From Mesotaenium endlicherianum (taxonomy: Eukaryota), in contig WELA01000805.1 in assembly GCA_009602735.1 (NCBI GenBank), positions 1 to 64,000 on the forward strand: DNA of 64,000 nucleotides, written 5' to 3'. How positions within the stretch are numbered: the first letter of the stretch is position 1; each line of letters begins with the position of its first letter. The position numbers and the translations under genes are program-made. A model generated the notes under the pieces. It did no database searches, was not told the origin of the DNA, and saw nothing but the letters and a program-made list of their open reading frames with translations. Shown here piece by piece: positions 12,099-23,768 of the stretch.

Positions 12099-15080
12099 CT
12101 AGACAGCTTGCAAGCCCGCTGACACAGACGCTTTGAGCTTTTTGATGAGCTCCTTGGCCGCCTCGAGACCCTCTTCTGGAGACGAAGACTCTCCCAACAG
12201 GCGCACCAACGCACTCCCCACGATGACTCCGTCCGCACCCCACTCCACGATCTGATCAAGGCACCACCCACCGACGTCACCAAGTTCAAAACCAGGTCTC
12301 TATTTCGAGAACGACGCTTGTAGAACGTTAGTCCATCATAGCCAGAGTGCTGCTCAAGGGTCATCGAAAGGTGTAGCCTTTCTTTCAGGACTATCAGCTC
12401 GTCCAGCGGGCAGCACCAGTAATAGTACCAAAGAGTCAGTGACTCAGAGGGGACGCTTCGCACGTGTCACTTGCAAACAGGTATAGCAATCAAATCTACG
12501 GCCTGCACTGCAAACTCCGAGCAGCGCACGAACAAGTCGTCAGCAGACTCCAGCTTTGGAAAGACAGTGACTTTGGACCTCCCTGCTGTCGGAACTTCCT
12601 GCAAAGGCAGATGAGGTGTAGCAGCACCCTAGAACTGCAACCTCTGCTTCCAGTGATCACGCTTGGCAAGAGCCTCGTGACATGGGGCGAAATTGCAGGC
12701 CCGTGCGCATGCTGCCCGACCCACTCTAGCACGTACGAGGGGGGCGTTTGCAAGCAGCAAACTGCGTGCATTACTAGTCACTCAATACCTCCCCCCCTCC
12801 CCCCCTCGCCCTTCCCCCCCCCCCACTTCCGTGCCTCCAACGCCGATGGTCCCTACCTCCCCACCTCCCTCTTCCTTTGCAGGTGCGTGGACATGTGCAC
12901 GCGTGCGTTAGCATCGCACATGCGCACGTCTGGGTAGCACGCAGTCGGTAGACTATGCGTATTTGTCTACATGCATGCCCGGTCGTCTGTTCACATTGAT
13001 TGAGTATCAAATATTCAACTATTCTCCTCCCGTCTGTTCTTGTTGCCTTCCCTGCCCCTGACCCATTTGCTCCGCAGGCAACAGCAAGGTGCGCGGCGTG
13101 TGCAGCAGCGGCGTGATTGTGGGCGGCCGCCAAGTGTGCGAGGACTGCCGCACGCTTGCAAACCAGCGGCTGGCGTGCCCCGGCAACCTGCCGTACTGCT
13201 GCGCCGATGGCAAATGCGCAGCCAGTGCCAGCAAGTGCCCGTGCACGTACAACCCGTCGTGCGCCGGCGGCATCTGCTGCGCGGGTATTGCTTCAACTGC
13301 CTCTGCATCTCGCTGCCTGTCTGCCTGCCTGCCTGCGTGTCTCCCTACCTGCTTGTCTGTTTGTCTTCCTGTCTGCCTCTCTGCCGGCTGTGTCTCTGTC
13401 CAGTCTGTCTGTCTGCCTGCTTGTTTCTATAGCTCTGCAGAAAGTGCGCCATTGAGGTGCAGTCTGTCTGTCTGCCTGCTTGTTTCTATAGCTCTGCAGA
13501 AAGTGCGCCATTGAGGTGCAGCCCTACTTGGCAGTGAGAGGAGACAGGTGGCATAACCAAGTTCGTTTGCTAAGCAAAGCAATCTTGGTAATCAAAAAAC
13601 GATTGCCAGGCTGTGCTGCGCCTAGTCTTGTGGCCCTGACCGCCAGGTGGACGTGCCAGCCGGAGCCGCTGCCACTTGGCATTTGGGAACACCTGACACG
13701 TCCAGCTGGCGGTACCGCACCCATTCACGGAGGTTTGCAGGCTCCCGTTTGTCGCACACTGCGCCCGCCTGGCCAGGTGGCGCCTTCTCTGTTGGCGCCT
13801 GTCTGCTGTCGTCTGCTGTCTCCTGCTGCCAGCTTGGCACCGCTACTGCCAGGATTTTGCTAGCAAGGCTGCACACCTGTTGCGAGTGTGCTGCTGGCTC
13901 TGCACGTATGAGCGTTGTCTGGATTGCAAGAGCACGCGCGCGCGTGCGCATGTGCGATCGTAATGCACGCCTGCGTGGACCTTCGCCGTGCTCTGGGTGG
14001 GGATGATGGGTGGACGCCCCAGATCGCGCACCGCCGCCGCCGCACCGTCCCCCGCCGCCCCCCTTTGGTAGGCAGCCCACACAGCCCCTTACCCACGTGC
14101 GGTGCAAGGGGCTCGCTCCGCTAGCCGCCGGGCGCTTGACACGTGTGGAAACCCCAGACCCCAAAGTCTCTCTGGAGCCTGCGCACGCGTCTGCGGCCCT
14201 TAAAGTCCTTGTCAGCGAGCGCCGCATCACTTGTGGCCGCGCAGAGCCTCCCCCCTCGATCCATAGATCTGTCTCCGATGCGCAAGTGGAAATTGCGGAG
14301 ATGAAGTTCAACTGCTGGGTTGCGGGGGCTCGCGCTGCACTTCTGCACCTCAGATGGTCTCAGGTAGTCTCAGGTAGTCTCAGGTGGTTTCAGATAGTCT
14401 CAGGTAGAATCAGATAGTGTCGGAGCAGGACGCTACGTGAGAATGGCGTCCCTGTCCCTGCCAGCTGGTGCTTGCTCGCGTCAACGTTATCTGCGTGACT
14501 GCGTGCATGTGCCCATGCGCATGCGCGCGCACGCGCACGCGCGTGCATGTGACAAATTACGCGGAAACAGCGTGCCTCTCGCCTGCAACGCTCACGCGCT
14601 TGCCCGATGCAACTGCATGCACGCATGCAGGAGCGGCAGAGGTCGCAAGAACGGGCTATGAGGGTTTTGGAAGAGATGTGGAGAGAGGCTGCTGGACTGC
14701 GCTCGGCGGATCGTTGAGAAAAATGCGACTGCAGGATTCACAAGCAGCCCCCCGCAAGAGAGTAACGGAGTAATTTTTTGGACTGTGGTTGGAGGGCCCG
14801 GGGACCCCGGGGCGAGCCTCACAAATCTGGATTCTACCAGTCTTGGACACCCACAACCATAACAAGCTGTTTGATCGCGGTTGCTTGAACTATGGCAAGC
14901 TTCGTCCCAAGTGCTGACGTGAGGTGAACGTTGATGCTCCACCTCTGGATCTAGAGATGGGAACTTCTCTCCTGCAATTGCGTGAGCATCTGTGGGTCTT
15001 TCTGAGTCTTTCTGGTTCCAGCTCTGGCCTTGATAAAGGGATGTAAGAAACAACGGAGATAATAATACATATTATAAAAC

Positions 15081-15132
<52 letters not shown>

Positions 15133-16476
15133 CNNNNNNNNNNNNNNNNNNNNNNNNNNNNNNNNNNNNNNNNNNNNNNNNNNNNNNNNNNNNNNNNNNN
15201 NNNNNNNNNNNNNNNNNNNNNNNNNNNNNNNNNNNNNNNNNNNNNNNNNNNNNNNNNNNNNNNNNNNNNNNNNNNNNNNNNNNNNNNNNNNNNNNNNNNN
15301 NNNNNNNNNNNNNNNNNNNNNNNNNNNNNNNNNNNNNNNNNNNNNNNNNNNNNNNNNNNNNNNNNNCCCCCCCCAAACACACACATGCACTCTTGATTGA
15401 CAGAGGCAAAGTAATACTAGAGCTGCACATAATTGAATTGCTCCGGACACAACTCCGGAATTGGAACAAGTCAGCCATGCTATACTGCTCCCACTCGACT
15501 CCGACGACAACGATGACTCTGCCCTTGCCTACGCTTTCCTCCACAAGTCTCCAACTCTCCCTTGATTCAAGTTCCTTTTCTGGCCCTGGCGTTTGCGGGG
15601 CAGACAGACACAAGCGCGCACTTGTGGAATACGGGAGAAGGCAGGGGTGACGACAGTATGCAAAAGTACCTGAGTGGCATGCTCCGGTCGCGAGATGCCA
15701 AAGCCCACAGCCACCGGCTTGTCCGTCGTCTGCAGGCGCGTTCGGAACATTTGGCGCGTGCGGCAAGTAGGGACACCCGGCAAAGAACAAAGAACAGCCA
15801 CCAGCCCCAGCCACGGAGGAAGTGTCAGTCGGAGTGCAAGAGAAGGGGGAAGAAGCCCCCCTTAGCTTCCAGCAGCCTTTCGCTACCAAGGGCCCTCAGG
15901 AGTCACGCGGAGGCTACGACAGGGCAGAAATGTCAAACCTTGACAGCTGTAATGCTCGGCTCATACCAGGAATCAAACCCTCAACCTATGGCGAAGACAT
16001 GATACCCTCCCTAGACCTAAAAGTCCCGTCCCCCAGGAAAGGAAAGCTGCCGAGGACCCAAAACCCCTGCACCATACCCTACGTCAGCATGATGTGAGGT
16101 TGATGTGACCTAAACCCAAAACCTGCACTTTACCTGCAAAACCTGACCCTAACCCGAATCTGGAACCTAATATGGATGGAAAGTGAGTGCCAAGGCGTTT
16201 TCAGGAGGAGCTCCTGCGACGAGCTCCGTGGCTTCGATGCCCCCACCTATAGCAGGGGCCTGCAAGGCCTTTGTTGTCTACACTCTTTTTGGACGTACAG
16301 AAGGGGGCTTCTGGACCACTTCACCTCCTCGCACACACATACACACCCGACAGCTGAGGGGCGATTTGGGGCTGCATCCAAGAGGCCAAACAAGCCCAGC
16401 GCAAATCACAAGCAGCCAAAGGCAGGACTAGTAGCAGAGGCATCCTCTCTATGTGTGTCGCTGTGTGCGTGTGTAA

Positions 16477-16509
<33 letters not shown>

Positions 16510-19500
16510 GGGGGGGGGAGGGGGGGGGGGGCGTCAGGCTGCGTTGGGAGAGAAGACGTGACGTACGTCCTTGATGGCTTTAAGCAGCTGCTGCACGCGG
16601 CCCTGCACGGCCTCTCTGGCGCCCGTCACACCAGTCAAGCTCACCTGGCACCCTTTCCCTCCCCCCCCAGCACGAGCAACAGATCAGTGCCTCAAGATGG
16701 CCAATGTGCATCAAACGGTGCATGTAAGCTTGTGTCATTGAAACATGGTTCAGCCCCGGAGTTCAAAAGTGGTGCTGATGAGCCTGTGCTCGTAGTCTTA
16801 TGTGACCACAAGAGCTTGTGAGATCTACACAGGCCGTACGAATACAGGCACTCAAGCCTACACAAACGTGCACACCCATGCACACGCACGCACACACACA
16901 CACACTCAAAAACGGATGCGCGCACGCGCACAGCCCAAACAGGTGAGCAAGAAGGTGCAAACCATATGCGCATGCACATGTCATGCAGAGATGCGGCAGA
17001 GAAGCCCACGAGTTCTATCCGGAGGGTGCCAAGGGAAGCCTGCTGGCCCCCGTGGCCCTGAGGCAGCAGCAATGACAGCAAGATAACATAAGCACAACTA
17101 GAAATTGAAAGGGAGGGAGGAAGGAAGGGAGGTTGGGTCGGAGGGAGGAAGGGAGGGAGGGAGCGAAGTAGAATGAGCAAAGTGGAGAGCAAGAGAGAGA
17201 GCATGGGAGGACGAGGGGGCGTGCGCGCACCAGGTACACAAAGCCCTGCGAGGCCTCGGCGATGGCCGCCATGCGGTTATCGGGCGTCGTGGGCGTCGTC
17301 AGGAGCACCTGCACGCGTCCAAGCAGTCGAGCAGTCAAGGGGCCAACCAGCAACTGATAGCTCTGGGCTGACCATGAGAGGCTTGCCAGGCCCCGACGAG
17401 AGACTGTCGGCCAAGTGTCTGACGGAGTTCCTGACTGCTATGGCCCCCTAAAACCCCCATGCCACCCCCCCCTGGTGCCGAGACTGCTGTCCGCAGGGCA
17501 AGACAGCATCAAGCGGCAGGTGTGTAAACTCCATCTAGTGCCAGATGCGCCCATCGTCTCCTCCCCTTCCTCTCCCGACCCGTCCCCGATCCTATCTTGG
17601 GGCTCAGTTGCTGCCTCCTGGGCTAGCATCATGCTCCCAAGTGTTACACCACAACAAGTTGGAGACGATGGCCTGGCTGCTTCGCCATGCTCAAATAGCT
17701 AGCCTGCACAAGCGTGGGGCATGCTCTACGTTCATAGGATGTCATGAGTTACTACTCCGCAGGAGCTGCACTAGTAAGCCCGCAATGGAGTGTATGTACC
17801 GGGATACATCAGGGTCTGTCACACAACCCTCTCTGCATGCACCACCACACCCTTGCTCTATGCCAGGGGCGGGGCCAGAGCGCGCTCAAGTTAGACGATC
17901 AACAAAACTTCCCAGAAAGGGTTTAAGACAAGGACTCTAGCAAGTTGCCCTGGCTCGGATGTGCTGCTGGCACCATGTGAGCACGCGCTCGTGCATGCAT
18001 GGGGCTAAACGTGTTTCAGGCGGCAGCTGCGTTTTTGAAACAGCTCAAAGAAAGATTGGCCAGGGACAGCTGGCAGCAGCTACGGGCGTGCTCCGCAATA
18101 AATGATGCAGTATGATGTTGCAAGAATGCGAGTGGCACCTCGACGCTCAGCGAGAGGCTCCCTCGCCCACCCCTTTCTGCAGCAGGATTGGAGCCCACCG
18201 CTCCCCCACCGTCCTCAACCCCAGCTATCTCCACCCCCACCCCCCCTTTTTCTCCCCCTTCTTTCTCTCTACCAAAGCTGGCCTCCTTTCTCTCTACAAG
18301 CAGGCAGGCCAAGCCACGCATGCCCTACCGATATCTATCCCACTCTGTAATGCGTGTTCCTGACGTGCAACGCTTCCCCCCCGCCCACAGCCTGTCTTTC
18401 TGAGTCCCGACCAGCAAAGAGGAGCCAAGAGGAGGAAAGAGCTTGCAGGGGAGATGACAGGAACACCGGTTGCGATGGGGCTGCATGCATGCTCTAGCCC
18501 TAGCACTTGCACACAGGCGGCAGATAGGCACAAGGAAGTTGAGGTTCTGACAAGGCCCCTCTACACATCTAACCTCTTTCTCTTGGCGGCCCCCTGTATG
18601 ATGCTGTCTACAAGCTGTTTCTCTAGAGCAGACCTGCAACTGCAGATCATGCCGATCCTAGGGTCCCGGAAACGGCAACGTACCAGATCGTGTTGATCTG
18701 ACGACCCCTTCAGAGCCCGGCACGGCAATCACTCGACAGAGGCAGGAGGATTGCCAGCCACAATCTCCTCATCCTACTCTGGGTGGTGAAGGCACAAGGC
18801 GAGCAAGAACATTTCGAGGCCGGCGTGGGGCGCATATCTCTTATGCATGCAAGTGTGCGTACCAGCTCCAGGCCGTGGGCAGTCGCCACTTGGCGCAGCG
18901 GCGGGGTCTCCTCCAACGGGATGTCAGGTATCACGAGACCTGGCGAAAAGCACAGCACGCGAGCATGCCCCGTTCACACTCGCCCCCTACGAGCCAGCCA
19001 GTTGGATAGGGTGCATCACCCCAAGGGGGTCACAGGCAACACGGGCTCACTGGCAGAGCCTAAAGACTCCAACCACCACTAGGCTATCACCCCAGGCAGG
19101 GCAGTACACTGAGCCCTCTGCAGGCAGGTGGTCTCACACAGCTTGTAGCCAAGCAACCTCCTCCCTCTTCTATGCGCCTTGTTAGCGCGCCGGGCAGAGA
19201 GCTCCGTGCGCGGCGGGGGAGCTGCCCCAGCTCTTCCGTATGCTCCAGCCAATGCATCGACTCCCCACAAGACATGCTGTGTACTCGCGGCTCACCATCT
19301 GCTCCACGAGCCTGTGACTGATCCATGCCTTTCCCTATCAATCATTCCGCCTTCCCATCTCTTCTTCTTTGTTCTGCTCCGCAGATGCCCGAGGAGAGAC
19401 CCTGCACTATGCTGTACCCCAGCACGCGCATGCACACCATGCCATCACTTCTATCCCCTTCTTCTCCCCTCCTTGCCCTCCCCCCCCCCCNNNNNNNNNN

Positions 19501-22366
19501 NNNNNNNNNNNNNNNNNNNNNNNNNNNNNNNNNNNNNNNNNNNNNNNNNNNNNNNNNNNNNNNNNNNNNNNNNNNNNNNNNNNNNNNNNNNNNNNNNNNN
19601 NNNNNNNNNNNNNNNNNNNNNNNNNNNNNNNNNNNNNNNNNNNNNNNNNNNNNNNNNNNNNNNNNNNNNNNNNNNNNNNNNNNNNNNNNNNNNNNNNNNN
19701 NNNNNNNNNNNNNNNNNNNNNNNNNNNNNNNNNNNNNNNNNNNNNNNNNNNNNNNNNNNNNNNNNNNNNNNNNNNNNNNNNNNNNNNNNNNNNNNNNNNN
19801 NNNNNNNNNNNNNNNNNNNNNNNNNNNNNNNNNNNNNNNNNNNNNNNNNNNNNNNNNNNNNNNNNNNNNNNNNNNNCCCCCCCCCCCCCTTTTCCCCTTG
19901 TCCTCGGGGGGGCCCAAAGAATAAACTTCCTACCCCAGGAAAATGCTTTCATAGGCCTACGTTGGAGATGCAGTCTTCTAGGTACCCCCCTTTCCAAAAC
20001 ATAGAAGCACGTCAGGGGGACACGACACAGAGTGGAGCTGAAAGCATGCTCGGAGCCCTGGCTGGGGCCAAAAATGGCGCCTGGTGGAGCCTAGGTGGAG
20101 CCACGGGGACGGATGGGGCGTACCTGAAGCGCCTGCAGCTTTCGCCTCGCGCATGAAGTGCTCCGCGCCCTTCTTCATGATGGGGTTGTAGTACGTGAAC
20201 AGCACAATGGGGGCCGACAGCCTCGGGGACACCTGCACGTCAGCGAGCATTTGCGCAGCCGCAAGCAGCACCTCTGCTTTGAGTGCCTACACATGTGTGT
20301 GCCTGCAAGTGCTTTGCATGTGCGTATGTAGCCTCGGACGTGCTGCATACAGTGCTTAGTCCAACTATTACAGTGGCCCAGGCTTGGGCTAACACGCGAC
20401 TTTAGCTTAGAGAATTTGGTGCTTTGGTCACCAGTCATTTCATCAGTCTCTACATGTGTAACATGCATTCAAGCTGCCAGCACGAAGTATGGGGACAAGG
20501 AAGAAATACGGGCGAGAGAGAAGGGAGGCGTTGAGAATCCAGAGAGAGTGTGGAGCAGAAGCTATGGTGACTCCCTAAATGGACCCACACGTATGTACAT
20601 CCAGTCGACCGACATGCTATCCGCTCTTACTTTCTGACCACCATGATACACAAGAGAGCAACAAGTGAGGTCCCTGGGGTTGAGGGCATGCATTGCACAA
20701 GCAACATGCACTGCAGCTTTGTTATGCATGTGCATGCCCCCCAGGACATGCAGAGGAGGCATGGGCAGGGGAGCAAGGGCAAGGCACAGTAAAGCCCTAT
20801 ACCTTGGACAGCATCCGAAGAACCGCTGCCAAATCAGTGCCCTTGGCAAGAGCCCTCGTGGCTGCCGCCTGTAGCAACCACAAAATGAGCCCCCATCACA
20901 CGCAAACATCACACCCCAACCCCAAGCCTTCAGACATGGACGCAAGCTTCCTGCTGCCTGCTTGCTTCGGTTGATCTCCATGAAGAATCTTTCACACGAT
21001 GATGGCATGCTATGCCTGCCTGAAGGAGCTATTCTCTGGTTGACAATTCTCGAAAATGACAACTCTCAGCAGCAACAGCTGCCTAAGCACCACCAGCATT
21101 TCCTAGTAGCACCTGACTTGACATTCTCTAGTATACCTGAGGTTCAGGCTGGCTGATAGTGGTCGTAAGGGTAGTACCTATTGGATGGAATTAAGCTTTA
21201 CCCATAATTTCCTGTAGCCTCTTAAGAGGCTACTTAAGTCTGTGTATGCAGATTTTTCAATAACCCTTCGTATGGTGGCAGCCAAGCAGCCACTTCGGGC
21301 TGGTCCTGTCCTTACGCATCCAGGAATGGATCATGACGTCTCTGTAAGTTGTACCTCCTGTGTGTACTTAATCCATGTATGTCATATAGTCGACCCATTC
21401 TTTGCCTCCTCATCAAGGGTGTTGAACTCGCCAACTATGACACGGCTCTGATGCAGTGGCTGGCAAGTAGGGGATGGACCCCGCCTTTGCTCAGCAGCGG
21501 CACTACCCCCCGCCCTCTTTCTCAGCTCTCTTCCAGATGCAGTAGAAGCATGTGGAGGAGGAGAACAGGCAAACTTTTGGAGGATCAATACTCAAAACTG
21601 AAACTTTGTTCAACAGAGACACGCCCTTGTTTTAGTACTAACAGTATGACGTGCAGCATTTCAAATTTGAGATCTTGCAGCTTAAGCAGTGACTGACCTG
21701 GATGACGGGGCCATCAGCCAAAGGGTCAGAGTACGGAACGCCCAGCTCTATAATATCTGCTCCGCAGCTGTCAAGTGCCAGGAGGGCCTCCTTTGTCGTC
21801 TCAAGGTCAGGGTCTCCAGCAACTATGAAAGGGATCAGAGCTACCTGGCAGTCAGATTTGGAAAGACATAAGCTTCTATACACATTGCTTAGGACTTCCC
21901 ACAATCCATAGCTACAATCAGATATATAATTCCTCGTGAAGTGAAGATGTCTAATGTCCGCAATTTTATTTCATCTTGATGCCAATGCAGGTGCTGAGAA
22001 CAGAAATGGAGTTCTTGAAGAGCCGAAAGTCAACCAAAGTAGTAGTATGATATGCCTTCTTATTACCTCTCCCTTCTTCTTCAGCTCTGCAAAGGTATCT
22101 GCTATGCTTCGGCTACTAGCAGAAATAGCAGGAGCAGCAGCAGCTCTGGTTGAGCCTCCCCTTCGTGTAGAAAGTGTTTGACCTTCTTGCATTTTGTGAC
22201 TTGCATAAGACGACGAGTGGCAGCTCTGAAGCTTACATTTCCGTCTTTTTGTTAAAAATGACGCAACTTGGGCATGAGACTGTTCGGCCCTTCCACTAAC
22301 GAGCAAGTCGGGAGACAAATTCTGCTTCAGGAGCAGCTGAGTGTGCCCACTTATCATGGCAGCCAT
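12099..22366 (-). CDS. TSA1: tryptophan synthase alpha subunit with an N-terminal plastid transit-peptide-like extension, 9 exons, 355 aa
   Basis: Phase-consistent GT-AG exons: 22366-22067, 21844-21698 ([28 protein letters not shown]), 20868-20803 (AAATRAL), 20232-20124 (LFTYYNPI), 18939-18863 (IPDIPLEE), 17308-17231 (PTTP, GFVYL), 16644-16567 ([10 protein letters not shown]), 15729-15670 (PVAVGFGIS), 12251-12099 ([14 protein letters not shown]). Confidence 0.96.
13078..13284 (+). other. isolated cysteine-rich exon, antisense within TSA intron 8
   Basis: CTGAC branch point, pyrimidine tract and GCAG acceptor; GT donor at 13285; 207 nt, phase 1-1; GC-rich third positions; 12 Cys in 69 codons. 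Confidence 0.6.
13401..13521. repeat. 59-bp tandem duplication following a (CTGT/CTGC)n-like tract
   Basis: CAGTCTGTCTGTCTGCCTGCTTGTTTCTATAGCTCTGCAGAAAGTGCGCCATTGAGGTG x2. Confidence 0.9.
14357..14417. repeat. 10-bp tandem array (GTCTCAGGTA)n, about 6 degenerate units
   Basis: Visible directly in the sequence. Confidence 0.85.
15084..15129. repeat. (AC)n microsatellite next to an assembly gap
   Basis: Pure AC run followed by Ns at 15134-15366. Confidence 0.95.
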
Positions 22367-23768
22367 TGCTGCAATGAGGTGAACACCACTGAAGACGACC
22401 CAGCACGCGTGCACTACAAAAAGTGCGTTACGGGTTTGGTTCGTGTCTTAACTGCTGCAAAAGAGTGCTGATATAAGTGCAGAATCAGCCTGCAAAAGCT
22501 CCTGCTAGGGGGCACTAAATGACACAGGATCTATTCTCTCTCACGACCGCCTCGAGTGATCGACGCGAAAAGACGCGCAACTTTAGGAAGGTATTATGGT
22601 TACGTCGAGAACCTGAGCTCGTACGGCAGAGAGCTCTTTTCTACAAATCAATCAGTGTTATTTTCAAATCATTTACAATGAGCAAATATTGCACACATTT
22701 ACAAAAGAACACATTTATGCCTCGTGAGGAGCCCTAGTTTCTGCAATGGCGCTGCCCGCAGGCTGTGGGTCCAAGCTCGGAGCCAGCTATATATAGCGCG
22801 CACGCCAGAGAGCACGCGCGAGAAACGACGACCAGGATAGGGGCGCGGTGAAAGTTTTGATGCTGTCGAATTTGGGAGTTCGACCTCCTGCGGCTGCTGC
22901 TAATATGGCAGCTAGTGCAATATAGCCTTCACATAGCAGTAGCAACAGCAGGTTTCTTGAATCTGGTTGGGCGATCACGAAAAAATTATGTTGCCGCTGA
23001 TTTTAGAACTGTGGGTTTGGCACAAAATGAATAGAAATCTTTAGGAGCCGATTGGAAGTTAGGCGAAAACAAATATTATGGATCAATGCTGCGCCGGTAA
23101 TAGCTCCCCATGATGTGATGAGTATAGGAAGTGAGGGATTTAACAGGGCAGTCGATTGCGAACATGCGCATTGCGTAGCGAGCTGGAGTGAGCAACGTCT
23201 GGTGCCTGGCAGTGCCTGGTGTAGAGTATGCCAGGCTGCGACCAGCTAGCTGCAACTGAGGTATCTGCCGATCAAAGTCGCCAAAATCAATCGCCCATAA
23301 ATTTGACAGTGAAAATTTGCTTCGTATAGCCTACCTTACATGCTTTGGACGAGTCGTACTGTCATGAACTGCGCAGTGTCGCATGCGCCACTACGCATGC
23401 GACTGAAGTTTAGGCATTGACTGCATGCCACTTGCTGCATTGGATCACTATCTGCATGGCTACTGTCGCCTGTAAAGCTGACCAGACGAGATGATGCCAG
23501 TCCTGATTCTGACGCCAGTCTCACTTTCTCCTTACGAGGTTATGGTGTACTCCTGAGGTTTTTTTGATGTTCCATGTCTTCAATATATGCATCCTGATGC
23601 AAAACTTTGACCCTACTGCGATGATTGCATGTAAGCATCTACATGAACTTTTTAACTCTCAACTCAACGTGTTGCTACAGTTCCATTGACCGGTAATGTA
23701 AGGAGCAAATGTTCTTAACCTTATCCTCTCCTGCTAACTGACAGCTAAATAATTCATAATCTACAAGA

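Noticed and set aside
13401..14417. Short repeat arrays as CRISPR-like structures
   Set aside because: Head-to-tail repeats without unique spacers, in a eukaryotic intron, with no cas genes.
16105..16172. Telomere-like AAACCC/CCCTAA motifs (also near 60775 and 61222)
   Set aside because: Too short and degenerate to call interstitial telomeric repeats.
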